Source of the DNA: an uncultured Pseudomonadota bacterium
GTDB lineage: Bacteria; Myxococcota_A; Polyangia; Fen-1088
DNA length: 64,000 nucleotides
Assembly (NCBI GenBank): GCA_963847705.1
Contig: CAWKBC010000021.1
Location: 32,001-96,000, forward strand
Direction: 5' to 3'
Position numbers and translations under genes: made by a program. Positions within the stretch are counted from its first letter, which is position 1. Each line of letters begins with the position of its first letter. The notes beneath the pieces are model-generated. The model was not told where the DNA came from, ran no database searches, and saw nothing but the letters and a program-made list of their open reading frames with translations. This document shows positions 9,415-20,236 of the stretch, piece by piece.

Positions 9415-10326
9415 ATGTTGACGCGCGCGGGATCGAAGACGGGGATTTTGACGGCCGTGGCGCTGGCCACGCTGGCGGCCGGCTGTCGCAAAGAAGGGGT
9501 CACCGACCAGGGGCAGATCGGCGCCGCGGTGGGCGAGGTGATGGCGAGCGCCGACGAGTCCGCGAACAGCGGCACGACCACCGCGATGCTGCCGGCGCTT
9601 CCGGTCGTTCCGGTCCTGCGCGCGCCCGCCGAGCTGCGGCCGCCGCTCTGGCGACGGGCGATGGGTGCGCTGACCCTGATCCCGCCCGCCTACGCCGATT
9701 CCTGTCTGCCGGTCACGTACTCCGCCTGCACCGCAGGCGTGCGGACCGCGACCTTCAACGGCTGCACCGTCGGCCTCGTCGCCGTCGACGGCTCGGTGAA
9801 CCTCACTTTCAGCGACGCGGCAGCCTGCAACATCGCCACCGTGGGCGACAGCGTGAACCGCACCGGGAGCCTGACGCTGTCGGCGCTCGGCGGCTCGCTG
9901 GCCATCACCGCGCCGGGCGGCGGTCAGACGCTGACCCGCACCGCCACCGGGTTCACCTTCGCGGTGCCGGGGATGGAGCGCGTCCTCACGCTGCCGAGCG
10001 GCCGGACGCTGTTCGACATCAGCACGGCGACCTCCACGCCGCTCACCATCACCGGCAGCTCGCGTGCCGACATGGTGATGGTGGGCGGGACGCTGGTCGT
10101 CACCCACAAGCTCGCGGGCTACTCGGTGGCGCTCACGCCGGACAACCTGGCCTGGACGCCGACCTGCAACTGCGCCTCCTCGGGCTCGCTCAGCGGCACC
10201 GTCTCGGGCGGCGGCAAGGACGACGGCAAGTCGGCCACCGTCACCCTCACCGGCTGCGGCACCGCCGACGTGACCATCGACGGCGACACCGAGAGCGTCA
10301 CGATGGACCGCTGCGCGGCGATCTGA
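9415..10326 (+). CDS. Cys-rich, Thr/Gly-rich lipoprotein of unknown function
   Basis: AAGGAG RBS; lipobox LAAGC; multiple Cys; beta-rich composition. Confidence 0.8.
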   Translation: MLTRAGSKTGILTAVALATLAAGCRKEGVTDQGQIGAAVGEVMASADESANSGTTTAMLPALPVVPVLRAPAELRPPLWRRAMGALTLIPPAYADSCLPVTYSACTAGVRTATFNGCTVGLVAVDGSVNLTFSDAAACNIATVGDSVNRTGSLTLSALGGSLAITAPGGGQTLTRTATGFTFAVPGMERVLTLPSGRTLFDISTATSTPLTITGSSRADMVMVGGTLVVTHKLAGYSVALTPDNLAWTPTCNCASSGSLSGTVSGGGKDDGKSATVTLTGCGTADVTIDGDTESVTMDRCAAI

Positions 10327-10351
10327 GGGCCCGCTGACGACCCCGTCCTGA

Positions 10352-10975
10352 TTAGCGAAGCTCGCGGGCGGGCAGACCCGACCACCAGGAGATGCTCAAT
10401 GTCAGGACGGCGGCGATCGAGCTGGCGTCGCCGCCGGGCACCGCGCGCAGCCCGCAGGCCGGAGTGATCGACCAGCCGCCGCTGGGGCGGCTGGTGAAAA
10501 ACGCGTCGTAGCTCAGGCCGGCGGTCAGCAGCATTCCGTAGGTGCCGTGGGTCTCGTCGCCCACGCGGGCTGGGTCTTTCGCCGAGGCCCCGCCCAGACC
10601 CAGGCCCGCGTGCGCGGCCAGGTGGCGCCAGAGCCGCGCCTGCGCCTCCAGCGTCAGGCCGCCGAGGGCGGTCGTGATGCCCCGGCGCGAGGCGCTCCCG
10701 TCCTCGATGCCCAGGCCCAGGCCCCAGCGATCGGTGAGCATCTCGCCCAGGTGAACGGTGAGGGCGAGCCCGGTCGCCGTGCCGTCGCGCTGCCCTTTGT
10801 CCCAGGTGGCGAGCGCGTTCGCGCCGGCCCCGGCCGAGAGGTAGTAGCCCTGCCGGGCCTCGGGCGCGCGAAGCGCCTGCGCCTGCGCCGCGTGCCCACC
10901 GAGGGCGATGGCCACGACCACCAGCACCTGCCGCCATCGCGAGCACGCCCCTCGGCCTGATCGACGGTGGCTCAT
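10352..10975 (-). CDS. Putative small outer-membrane beta-barrel protein
   Basis: Signal peptide (AAQAQA); alternating Gly/aromatic strands; starts directly after the TBDT stop. Confidence 0.7.
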   Translation of the reverse strand: MSHRRSGRGACSRWRQVLVVVAIALGGHAAQAQALRAPEARQGYYLSAGAGANALATWDKGQRDGTATGLALTVHLGEMLTDRWGLGLGIEDGSASRRGITTALGGLTLEAQARLWRHLAAHAGLGLGGASAKDPARVGDETHGTYGMLLTAGLSYDAFFTSRPSGGWSITPACGLRAVPGGDASSIAAVLTLSISWWSGLPARELR

Positions 10976-13667
10976 CTAGAACTCCGCCCGGAGCCCGAGG
11001 AACGGGAGGATGGGCAGGCCCTGGCTCACCTTCGACTGCGTGTAGTCGTAGTTGTAGGCGATCCCCTCGGGGTTGGTGTGGTTGGTGGCGTTCTGCAGAT
11101 CGAGGTAGGCGTCGAACAGCCAGCGATCGAAGACCCATTGCTTGTCCAGGCGAATGTCGAGCTGGACGAAGGAGGGCTGGCGCGCGCTGTTCACCGGGCC
11201 GAACACCGGGTCGTAGGCGTCGGTGACGCTGTTGAAGACGCTGCCGACCACCGGCGTCTCTGGGTTCCCGCTGACGTAGCGGAAGCGCGAAGCGATGCGC
11301 CAGTGGCGCGGCAGATCGTAGGAGGCCACCGCGGTCAGGATGTTGGTCTGGTCGTAGTCGAAGAGGCGCCACTCGGTTTGACCCGAGTCGAGGCGCTCCG
11401 AGCGCGACAGCGTGTAGGCGATCCAGCCGACGAACCCCGCGGCGAGCTCACGCCGGGCCACCAGCTCGAGGCCGATGATCCGGCCGCGGCCGCCGTTGTC
11501 GTAGTGGAGGGGCACCTCGGCGCCGTTCACGACCTGCGTGGCGTCGGTGGCGCTGACCAGGTTCGAGAGGCGCTTGTAAAAGCCGGTCGCGTCGAAGGTG
11601 GTGCGGGACCAGGGGCGCCACTCGGCCCCCGCCGCCAGGTGGACGGCCCGCTCGGCCTTGAGCGCCGGGTTGCCGAACCCGGCGTCGGTCTCCTCGACGT
11701 TGGGCGTTTGGTCGTAGAGACCGAGCGCCCCCTTGACCGCCCAGCGGGGCGACAGCTCGTAGCGCGCCGACAGCCGCGGCTCCAGGACGCCCTGGTGAAC
11801 GACCTGAAAGTAGTCGGCCCGCACCCCGGCGGAGATCAGCAGCGGCTTCGTCGGCCGCAGCTCGAGCTCCGCGAACAGGCCCGGCGACCACCACCAGGGA
11901 TCGTTGAGGTGCGACTCTTCGACGTCGGTCAGATCCTGGTTGCTCATCGGTTGTCCTTCCAGCGGGGGCGCCGGCAGCCGGACGTGCCCGCTGTAGTGCT
12001 CGGCCAGCGCGTCGGTGCCGGCGACCAGCGTCGCCCAGGGCCGGAGGCGCAGGCGCAGCGTGTCCCGGAGCTGGACGGCCCGCCGATGCAGGTCGAGGAC
12101 CAGATCGCCGAGGCTGATCGTCTCCACGTCCTGCCCGGCCGACAGGCGCAGCGTGTTCTCGATCCCCTCGCGCGGCGTGTAGCGGTCGGCGACCAGCGCG
12201 CGCCAGAATCCCGTCCGCGTGTTCAGCTGATTGCCGGTGGCCTGCTGGGAGAAATCAGCCGGGTTCTTGAACAGCAGCGCCAGCCGATCGTCGGCGGCGA
12301 AGGCGATCGCCCGCAGATCGTGCGCGGGGCTGAGCCGGTAGTTCGCCAGCAGCTGCGCGTCGTAGTAGACGGGCGCGGTCAGCCAGCTGACCGGCTGCCC
12401 GCTTCCGGAGGCGGCGGCGCTGATGACGGCGTCCAGGTAGCTGCGCCGCGCGGCGACGGCGATGCCGCCCCGGTCACCCAGCGGCGCTTCGAGGTAGACG
12501 CCGGTGTCGAGCACGCTGACGTCGACGTAGCCGCCGAAGCGCTTGGGCTTGAGCTCCTTGAGGTGCACGTCGACGATGCCGCCGGTGGCGCGCCCGTACT
12601 CGGGCGAGAAGTTGCCGGGCACGAACTCGATGTTGTCGATGATCCCTTCGGGCAGGACGCTGCGCAGGCCGCCGAAGTGGTAGACCAGCGGCACGTCCAT
12701 CCCGTCGACGAAGATTCTGGGTGTCCTCGGGCGCGGAGCCGCGCACGATGAGGAGGCCGCTGCCCGCGGGCGCCCGGGCCACGCCGGCCAGATCCTGGAG
12801 CACCGCCAGCGGATCGCCGGCCGTGCCGGGGACCTTGTCGATGACGTCGGCGGTCAGCACGACGTGCGTGACGTCCTTCTTGGGGCGCGCGGCGGTCACC
12901 GTCACGTCGAGCGGGTTCGCCTGGCCGCGCTCCACGTAGTAGGTCACCACGGTCTTTTCGCCGTGGCGGATCTCCTCGCTGGTGCGGAACGGGAAGTAGG
13001 CGGGGGCTTCGACCTCGACGTGCCAGGCGCCGGGCGCGAGATCGAAGAAGGCGAAGCGACCGTCGCCGTCGGTGGTCGCCTCGTAGGCTTCGGGCGGCGA
13101 CGCGCCCGCCTGGCCTGCCTTGTCGACCTTGTCGGCGTTGTCGGCGTTGTCCTCTTGGCTGACGGTGACGACGGCGCCGACGAGCGGGCTCCGGGTGCCG
13201 CGCTCGCGGAGCTGCCCGGCCAGGCTCTCGCGTGGGGGAGCCTTCGCGGCGGCCGGTGAGGCTGACGCCCGTGGCGCAGCGAACGCCGGCGGCGCCGGCG
13301 TCTTGGCCTGGAGGCGGAACTTCACCTTGTACGCCAGCTCCACCGCGACGGGCTTTCCGTCGCTCTCGGCCGGCTCGAACAGGTAGCCGCCGGCGGCAGC
13401 GACGGCCGCCCTGTCGAACGCCTCGCGCCCGGGCCCCGCGGACGTCGCCACCTCGGCGTGGCCGACGTGTCCGGCGGCGTCGATGGTGAGGTCGAGGATC
13501 ACGTCGGCCTCCAGGCCGGCGGCGGCCGCGTCGGGCGGGTAGGTGGCGTCGACGAAGATGATCTGCTTGGGCAGCTTGCTGGGCCCGCCGTTCGCCGGGG
13601 CGTCGGCGGCTCGGGCCGTCGCGGTCAGGGCGAGAGCCAGCAGGCCAAGCAAGACGGCGCGCTTCAC
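10976..13667 (-). CDS. TonB-dependent receptor with N-terminal TonB_C and carboxypeptidase-regulatory-like domains; +1 frameshift at 12713-12717
   Basis: GTG at 13667 overlaps the upstream TGA. N-part: YPPDAAAAGLEADVILDLTID...FEPA. The plug motif RGSAPEDTQ joins IFVDGMDVPLVYHFGG if one base is removed. Barrel with GNPALKAERA; ends in GLRAEF. Confidence 0.9.
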
Positions 13668-14659
13668 GGCGTCGGCTCCAGCGAGGCGGTGGCGGTGGTC
13701 CAGCCCACGCCGCCCCGGTCGTCGCGGACGACGACGATCAGGCGCGAGGCCGGCCGGGCGTCCACCCGGGTGGCGGGCGGCGTCCACTTGTCGGCGCTGG
13801 CGTCGGCCAGGCTGTTGGCGCCATCAATGAACAGCGTCCGGCTGTCGTGAAAGTCGCCCAGCTCGGCGAACCAGCTGAAGAGCAGCGTCTCGCGGAGCGT
13901 GGCGGTCCCGCCGTCGAGGCCCGGCCCCACGTACGTTTCGGCCTGACCGTCGTCGATGGCGACGTGAAGCAGGCTGTCTTGCACGCGCGGCACCTCCACG
14001 CTGCCCGCGTCGTCCAGCGTCTGCGTCCCCGCCGCCAGATCGACGCTGAGGGCGCCCGGGACGGGGTTGGCGTTCGAGATGGCGCCGGCTTCGATCGGCA
14101 GGTTCACCACGGTCGTCCCCAGCTGCACGGCGGCTCCCTGGGTCACGCGCACCGAGATCCGGATGGGGAAACCGCCGCTGCAGGAAAGCGGCTGGCCGTC
14201 GAATCCAGCGCCGCAGAGCGCGGCGAGCAGGTCGGGCGGAAACGGGTTGGTGAAGGAGACCGTCGGCCCGGTGCCGAGCTCGAAGGCGGGCAGGGGCGCG
14301 GTCAGGCCGGCGGCCGCCAGCATCGTGCTGGCGTCGCCGAAGGAGATCGGGCAGACGTAGCCGTCGTTGGCCTGGCCGACCAGCGGGCACCACGACCAGT
14401 CGAGCTCCAGTGGCGCGTCCGACGGGCTGTAGATGAGCGGCGTCATCGTGGTGGTCTCGCCCTGGGCGGGGTTGACGGGCGCCGCCTGCAGCGCCAGCAG
14501 CCGGAGCTTCGAGAGCAGGATGGGCGAATCGAAGCTGGCGCCGCAGCCGCCGAGGCCGGCGGCGAGCAGGCCGAGCGCGAGCAGGGTGGCGACGGCGCTG
14601 GTGCGGCGAACGAGCACCGTGCGCAAGGCCCAGCAGAGAAAGCGGCGGTCCAGGGTCAT
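13664..14659 (-). CDS. TBDT-associated lipoprotein
   Basis: Lipobox LGGC followed by LRLLALQAAP; WSWCP, NANP and VVVRDDRGGVGW motifs; coupled to tonB (ATGA) and the TBDT (GTGA). Confidence 0.8.
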   Translation of the reverse strand: MTLDRRFLCWALRTVLVRRTSAVATLLALGLLAAGLGGCGASFDSPILLSKLRLLALQAAPVNPAQGETTTMTPLIYSPSDAPLELDWSWCPLVGQANDGYVCPISFGDASTMLAAAGLTAPLPAFELGTGPTVSFTNPFPPDLLAALCGAGFDGQPLSCSGGFPIRISVRVTQGAAVQLGTTVVNLPIEAGAISNANPVPGALSVDLAAGTQTLDDAGSVEVPRVQDSLLHVAIDDGQAETYVGPGLDGGTATLRETLLFSWFAELGDFHDSRTLFIDGANSLADASADKWTPPATRVDARPASRLIVVVRDDRGGVGWTTATASLEPTP

Positions 14660-15576
14660 GGCGTGTCCAGGCGAAAGTGGGCGGTGAAGCTGAAGGTGGT
14701 GGCGACCGGGACACCGTCGCGCAGCGCCGGGCTGAAGCGCTCCTCGCGCGCGGCCTGGCGGGCCGATTCGTCAAAGGCCTCGTCATGGCTGCTGCGGCCG
14801 ACGGTGACGGAGAGGACGCGGCCCGCAGCGTCGAGCGAGATGACCAGCAGGACGTCCGCCTCCACGCCGGAGGCGCGGCGCGCGTCGGGGTAGTGCGGCT
14901 TCACCTCGCGCAAGCGGCGGGGCGGCGTCAGCACGCTGCCCGGGTGGGGGAGGCCGCGGGCGGCTCGGTTGGAGCTGGCCGGCGGCTCGGCGGCCGGGAT
15001 CGACGTGCGCGCAGCCGTCGTCGGAGTCGTTCCAGCCAGGCTGCCGCCGGCGGCGAAGCTCGGTCCCTGTCCCGTTTCAGACGTCGATTCCAGCGACAGC
15101 CCGACGAGCTTGAGCGGCGTGGGTGGCGGCGCGGCGGCCGGCTGGGGCGCTGGCGGCGCGCGCAGGGCCTCGCGCCGGGCCACGTGTGGGACGCTCGGGC
15201 GCGGCGACGCGATCGGCGCCGCTGCCGCCGCCGGGCGGGACGGCAGCGGTGCCTGGTGGGCCCGGACGGTGATTCGGGTGGAGCGCGGCGCGACGGGCGG
15301 TGCGACGCGCGTGCGCCAGACCGCCGCGGCCACGCCGGCGTGGACTGCCACCGCCAGCACCCAGAGCGCGGCGTCGGTCCACCACCAACGGCGGCCCGGC
15401 TTGGCCGCCTCCAGCGCGGCGCGCGCGGCCGTGGCGGTGGCGACTCCCAGCGGCGCCACACGCCCGCGCCGCGCCCGCCGCCGCCGCCGCACGGGTGCGC
15501 AGGGAGCCGCTCGCACGAGGCGCACGTGCGGACCCGGGCGGCGCGGGTCGGATGTCGGCGTCAGGGACCGCGTCAC
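14656..15576 (-). CDS. tonB: Energy transducer TonB
   Basis: TM with conserved His (AVAVHAG), Pro-rich spacer, C-terminal YPDARRASGVEADVLLVISLDAAG...FSPA. Confidence 0.88.
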   Translation of the reverse strand: MTRSLTPTSDPRRPGPHVRLVRAAPCAPVRRRRRARRGRVAPLGVATATAARAALEAAKPGRRWWWTDAALWVLAVAVHAGVAAAVWRTRVAPPVAPRSTRITVRAHQAPLPSRPAAAAAPIASPRPSVPHVARREALRAPPAPQPAAAPPPTPLKLVGLSLESTSETGQGPSFAAGGSLAGTTPTTAARTSIPAAEPPASSNRAARGLPHPGSVLTPPRRLREVKPHYPDARRASGVEADVLLVISLDAAGRVLSVTVGRSSHDEAFDESARQAAREERFSPALRDGVPVATTFSFTAHFRLDTP

Positions 15577-16031
15577 TGGGCGGGTCCCGGGACGGGGGCG
15601 GTTCCTGGGGTGGCTTCTGGCGCGCGCTCCACGTCCAGCGCGAATCCGGCGAGGCCCGCGCCCTTGACGAGGTCGATGACCTCCATGACCTTGCCGTAAG
15701 GGACGGTGCGGTCCGCCGCGATCACGGCCTGGGCGGCCGGATCGCGCGTGACGGCAGCCCGCAGCTCGGCGCGGACCGCCGCCGGCGTGGTGGGGTGACC
15801 GTCCAGCGCCAGGGCGCCCCCCCGGTCCAGCACCAGGTTCAGCGTCGATGCGACCTTCGCGCCGCCGGCCGCGGCGCGCGGAAGATCGACCTTCAGGCTG
15901 GCGCGGACGATGGCCGCCGAGGTGACGATGAAGATGACCAGCAGGACCAGGACGATGTCGACGAACGGGATGATGTTGATGGACGCGATCGGGCCGTCGT
16001 CTTGCGAGGCCGCTTTCTCCAGGGCTGCCAT
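15573..16031 (-). CDS. exbD: Biopolymer transport protein ExbD/TolR
   Basis: INIIPFVDIVLVLLVIFIVT, VDLP, IAADRTVPYGKVMEVID. Confidence 0.93.
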   Translation of the reverse strand: MAALEKAASQDDGPIASINIIPFVDIVLVLLVIFIVTSAAIVRASLKVDLPRAAAGGAKVASTLNLVLDRGGALALDGHPTTPAAVRAELRAAVTRDPAAQAVIAADRTVPYGKVMEVIDLVKGAGLAGFALDVERAPEATPGTAPVPGPAQ

Positions 16032-16038
16032 GACGCCC

Positions 16039-16725
16039 TCACTCCGCCGCCGCACGCAGCGACGCGCCCTGGGGCTCCGCGGCCGCGAGCTCGCCCTTGA
16101 GGCGGGAGAGCAACATCCGCGACAGCGTCTCGGCGCGCGTGACGCGTGCCTTCACCGCGTTCTTGAAGGCGTTGAACGCCACGACCGCCGGGATGGCCAC
16201 CAGCAGGCCGATGGCGGTCGCCACCAGCGCCTCGGCCAGCGCGGTCATCACACCGGGGTGCGCCTCGGCCAGATCCGCCCCGAGGTTCCTGAACGCGCTG
16301 ACGATCCCCAGCACGGTGCCAAAGAGACCGACGTAGGGCGCGTTGCTGGCCAGCGTCGCCAGGAACGAGAGTCGCAACTCGAAGCGGGCACGTTCGGCGC
16401 CGAGCGCGCCAGCCAGGAGCTCCTCGACCGCGTCTGGCCCCTGGTCGCAGGCGACCAGGCCGCGGAGCAGCACGCGCGCCTCCAGGCTGCGGCGTCCGGT
16501 CAGCGCGCGGGCGGCGCCGTCGTAGTCGCCGCGCCCGAGCGCCGTCTCGACGGACGCCGCGAAGCGCGCGCTCTCGGGGGCGTGCCGCCGGAAGAAGACC
16601 AGGCGCTCGAGGATGACGGCCACCGACGACGCCGAGAGCGCGAAGAGCAGCCAGAAGACCCACTCGGATTGAAAGAGGGGCCACTCCAAAAGACGGTGGA
16701 CGAACGTCGAGGTGGTGGCGTGCAC
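16039..16725 (-). CDS. exbB: MotA/TolQ/ExbB proton channel protein
   Basis: LATLASNAPYVGLFGTVLGI and AEALVATAIGLLVAIPAV motifs; GTG start after AGGAG. Confidence 0.93.
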   Translation of the reverse strand: MHATTSTFVHRLLEWPLFQSEWVFWLLFALSASSVAVILERLVFFRRHAPESARFAASVETALGRGDYDGAARALTGRRSLEARVLLRGLVACDQGPDAVEELLAGALGAERARFELRLSFLATLASNAPYVGLFGTVLGIVSAFRNLGADLAEAHPGVMTALAEALVATAIGLLVAIPAVVAFNAFKNAVKARVTRAETLSRMLLSRLKGELAAAEPQGASLRAAAE

Positions 16726-16855
16726 GGCCGGCTCTCCTGTTTCGGGTTGCGCCCCGCGAGGCGGGATCGCAGGAGAAACACCGGCGGGGACGATGCGTGT
16801 CACCACCCTCGCGCTTTTTTGCGGCGGCGCCGTGTCATCATCCCCGCCCCACACG

Positions 16856-18103
16856 ATGAACACTCCGATCCCCGCCGCCACCGTCACACCGGGCGCGGCC
16901 TTCGCGCACCGCGATTTTCGTCGCTACGTCGTCTCGTCGCTGGCGCTGAACCTCGGCGCGCAGATGACGAGCGTGGCGGTCGGCTGGCAGATCTACGCGC
17001 TCACCCACCGGGCCGTCTCGCTCGGGTACGTGGGGCTGGTGCAGTTCGCGCCCGTCCTGTTGTTGACGCTGCCGGGCGGGAACGTGGCCGACCGTTTCGA
17101 TCGCGGGCGGATCGTGGCGATCTGCAACGTCACGCTCGCCCTCTGCATCCTGGCGCTCTGCGCGCTGGCGATCGCCCATGGGGGCACGGCGCCGATCTAC
17201 ACGGTGCTCTTCTTCGTCGGCGTGGCGCGCGCCTTCCTGGCGCCGGCGGCCCAGGCCACCGTCCCGGGGCTGGTGCCGCCCGAGCACCTGGCCAACGCGG
17301 TCACCTGGACCTCCACGACCTGGCAGATCTCGACGATCGCCGGCCCGGCGCTGGGCGGCGTGCTCTACGGGTTGGCGCGGGGGCCCATCTGGGTCTACGC
17401 CATCGCGGCGGCGTTGATGGCGCTGGCGGCGGTGGCGGCCTTCTCCATGCGCCCGCATCCGCCTCTGCGCAGCGAGCATCGGGAAGGCGAGCTGGCGCGC
17501 GTCGCCGAGGGGCTGCGCTTCGTCTGGACGCGGCCGGTGATCCTCGAGTCGATCTCGCTCGATCTGTTCGCCGTGCTGCTGGGCGGGGCGACCGCGCTCT
17601 TGCCGATCTTCGCCAGCGACATCCTCCACGTGGGGCCCTTCGGCCTCGGCCTCTTGCGCAGCGCCCCGGCCGCGGGCGCCGCGCTGACCGCCGTCGGCCT
17701 GGCCTACCGGCCGCTCACCCGGCGGGCGGGGCCGATCCTGCTGGTCTGCGTGGCGCTGTTCGGGGTGGCAACCATCGTCTTCGGGCTGTCGCGCCACTTC
17801 GGGCTGTCGCTGGCGGCGCTGGCCGTGCTCGGCGCGACCGACATGGTGAGCGTGGTGATCCGCTCGACGGTGGTGCAGCTCCGCACGCCGCACGAGATGC
17901 GCGGCCGCGTCAGCGCCGTCAACATGGTGTTCATCTCCAGCTCGAACGATCTCGGCGAGCTGGAGTCGGGGCTCACGGCGGCCTGGTTGGGCGCGGTGCC
18001 GGCGGTGATCGTCGGCGGCGTCGGGACGCTGCTGGTGGTCGCGGTCTACACCTTCGCGCTCGGCTCGCTGAGGAAGATCGACCGCCTCGAGTCGGCGCGC
18101 TAA
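16856..18103 (+). CDS. MFS transporter (EntS/macrolide-efflux-like)
   Basis: About 12 TM segments; GNVADRFDR motif A; TPHEMRGRVSAV. Confidence 0.92.
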   Translation: MNTPIPAATVTPGAAFAHRDFRRYVVSSLALNLGAQMTSVAVGWQIYALTHRAVSLGYVGLVQFAPVLLLTLPGGNVADRFDRGRIVAICNVTLALCILALCALAIAHGGTAPIYTVLFFVGVARAFLAPAAQATVPGLVPPEHLANAVTWTSTTWQISTIAGPALGGVLYGLARGPIWVYAIAAALMALAAVAAFSMRPHPPLRSEHREGELARVAEGLRFVWTRPVILESISLDLFAVLLGGATALLPIFASDILHVGPFGLGLLRSAPAAGAALTAVGLAYRPLTRRAGPILLVCVALFGVATIVFGLSRHFGLSLAALAVLGATDMVSVVIRSTVVQLRTPHEMRGRVSAVNMVFISSSNDLGELESGLTAAWLGAVPAVIVGGVGTLLVVAVYTFALGSLRKIDRLESAR

Positions 18104-18112
18104 AAGAGGCGC

Positions 18113-18757
18113 ATGTCCAAGTTGCGTCTCCAGCTCTCGCTGTCGCTGGACGGCTTCGTGGCCGGACCCGACCAGAGCGTGGCCAACCCGCTCGGCCTCG
18201 GCGGGATGCGCCTGCACCAATGGGTCTTCCCGCTCACCGCCTGGCGCGCGATGCATGGCCTCGAGGGAGGCGAGACGACGGCGAGCACGCCGGTGGTCGA
18301 GGAGACCCAGGCCAACCTCGGCGCCGGCATCATGGGGCGCAACATGTTCGGCGGTCACCCCGGGCCCTGGGATCCGCAGCAGCCCTGGAACGGCTGGTGG
18401 GGAGATGAGCCGCCGTTTCACTATCCTGTCTTCGTCCTCACCAACCACCCGCGCGCGCCGCTGGTCGCCAAGGGGGGGACCACGTTCCACTTCGCGACCG
18501 ACGGAATCGAGGCGGCGCTGACCCAGGCGCGCCAGGCCGCGGGCAGCCGCGACATCTCGCTCGCCGGCGGCGCCAGCGCGGCCAGGCAGTTTCTGGCGGC
18601 AGGCTCGGTCGACGAGATGTGGCTGCACATCGTGCCGGTTCTCCTGGGAAGCGGCGAGCGGCTCTTCGACGACGGGCTCGATGATCTGCGCGGCCTCGGG
18701 CTGGTGAAGACGGTGCAGGGAGACGGCGTGATGCACCTGAAGTTCGCTCGCTCGTAG
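18113..18757 (+). CDS. Dihydrofolate reductase-family (RibD C-terminal-like) protein
   Basis: SLDGFVAGP, IMGRNMF, PVFVLT, AGGASAARQFL, PVLLGSGERLF. Confidence 0.9.
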   Translation: MSKLRLQLSLSLDGFVAGPDQSVANPLGLGGMRLHQWVFPLTAWRAMHGLEGGETTASTPVVEETQANLGAGIMGRNMFGGHPGPWDPQQPWNGWWGDEPPFHYPVFVLTNHPRAPLVAKGGTTFHFATDGIEAALTQARQAAGSRDISLAGGASAARQFLAAGSVDEMWLHIVPVLLGSGERLFDDGLDDLRGLGLVKTVQGDGVMHLKFARS

Positions 18758-18803
18758 GGCGCCCGCGCGCCGAGCTCCCAGACGCGCGCCGCCCGGTGGG
18801 CGC

Positions 18804-19124
18804 TCAGTTGGCGCCGGTCGCGACGCGAAACCAGATCGCGCGCGTTGCGTGGCACTGCCGGCAGACCATCGCCAGCTCGCGGAGGATCCCGCGCGCGGTC
18901 GAGGTGGCGCGGTCGCCGCGGAGCTCCATCTCGATTGCCTCGCACTGAACACAGGGGATCGCCCGCGCCTTCGTCTCGACGACCGACGCGGCCGGGACCT
19001 CCATCGGGCGCTCGGGTGAGCCGCCGGGCAGCTCGGCGGCGAGGCGTTCCAGCTGGCGGACGGTCTTGCGGAGGGCGCGCTGCTGTTCGCGTTGTTGGCG
19101 GCGTGGGCGGGGAGGGCGAGGCAT
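18804..19124 (-). CDS. Small hypothetical protein with two CxxC pairs (zinc-ribbon-like)
   Basis: PGGSPERP...SVVE motif, CVQC and CRQC. Confidence 0.7.
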   Translation of the reverse strand: MPRPPRPRRQQREQQRALRKTVRQLERLAAELPGGSPERPMEVPAASVVETKARAIPCVQCEAIEMELRGDRATSTARGILRELAMVCRQCHATRAIWFRVATGAN

Positions 19125-19138
19125 CGGAACGGACAGCG

Positions 19139-19555
19139 CTAAATCACGCGCGCGATGAACCGGATCCAGAGCATCAGCAGGACAACGTTGCTGGCGGCGT
19201 AGGACGTCAGCCGCACGAGAATCCGATTGGAGGTCACGTGGACGAGCGAGTGCGCCAACCGCAGCGCCAGATAGACCCAGGCGAGCGTCACCACCCGCAG
19301 CGTCACCTGGTGCGTGACGTAGAAGGCGATGCTCACCACGTAGAACAGCAGCGGCATCTCTAGCAGGTTCATCAGATTGCGGTTCCAGACCGTCACGTCG
19401 TCGGGGACCTCCGGGCTCTCGCCCAGGCGGAAGGCGCCGCGCCGCACGCGCCCGGCCTTCACGGCGCGGATGCGGCTGAAGCCGACCATGAAGACCATGC
19501 ACCCCGTCCAGAGCGCCAGCACGCTCACCGGCACGAAGACCGCCTCCTGTCTCAT
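19139..19555 (-). CDS. MAPEG family membrane protein
   Basis: NLMNLLEMPLLFY and LRLAHSLVH motifs; 3-4 TM segments. Confidence 0.88.
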   Translation of the reverse strand: MRQEAVFVPVSVLALWTGCMVFMVGFSRIRAVKAGRVRRGAFRLGESPEVPDDVTVWNRNLMNLLEMPLLFYVVSIAFYVTHQVTLRVVTLAWVYLALRLAHSLVHVTSNRILVRLTSYAASNVVLLMLWIRFIARVI

Positions 19556-19713
19556 GGGACGGACTCTACGCCATCGACGGAGCCCTGGCCGATCGCGACA
19601 TTTCTGTCCGTGCTGGGCGGGCCGGTTGCAAATATTCGTGCCCGAGGCGACGGCCATCGCTCTGAAATCGAGCCATTGCGGCGGGCATGTCGTTTGCTGT
19701 GATCATTCGCATC

Positions 19714-20226
19714 ATGAATCTCCGGTGGTTGGTCCTGGCCGCTCTGTTGGCTGGATGTGGGTCCGAGGGGCTCTCCGATCCAAAAGGCAGCGTCCTCACC
19801 GCCGACGTGACCCAGGTGATCTACTCATCGCTGGGCGGCGGGTTCGGCCCTGCTCCGACCTCCGGGGCGGCCTGCGATCCGGGAAAGTGGTCCTACGCGA
19901 TCTCGTTCGCCACCCGGACCCGCGCGTCGACCAGCTGCACCGTCGATGGGGCCTACGACGATCCCGCCAGCTTCGTGCCCAGCGCCGAGCAGATCACGCT
20001 CGACGATGCGCAGTGGCAGGCGGTCGAGGCGGCGATCGCCGCGGTGACGGTCTCCGCTTCGAACAGCTGCGGGGCAGATCTGGAAACCCGCCAGCTGGAG
20101 GTCGACTCCACGACCGCATCCGTCATCTACGGCGACGATTTCTACGCCTGCCTGCACGACTACGCGTCCTACGTGACCACCGCGAGCCTCGACAACCTGT
20201 GGACGGTTCTCTCTGCCATCCCGTAG
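19714..20226 (+). CDS. Hypothetical lipoprotein
   Basis: Lipobox LLAGC; four further Cys; GGGFGP and CGAD motifs. Confidence 0.75.
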   Translation: MNLRWLVLAALLAGCGSEGLSDPKGSVLTADVTQVIYSSLGGGFGPAPTSGAACDPGKWSYAISFATRTRASTSCTVDGAYDDPASFVPSAEQITLDDAQWQAVEAAIAAVTVSASNSCGADLETRQLEVDSTTASVIYGDDFYACLHDYASYVTTASLDNLWTVLSAIP

Positions 20227-20236
20227 CGGGGCGCCG

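Noticed and set aside
12713-12717. Programmed frameshifting or phase variation in the TBDT, sigma factor and propeller genes
   Set aside because: There is no slippery heptamer or long homopolymer; the shared GATC context is better explained by a systematic sequencing error.
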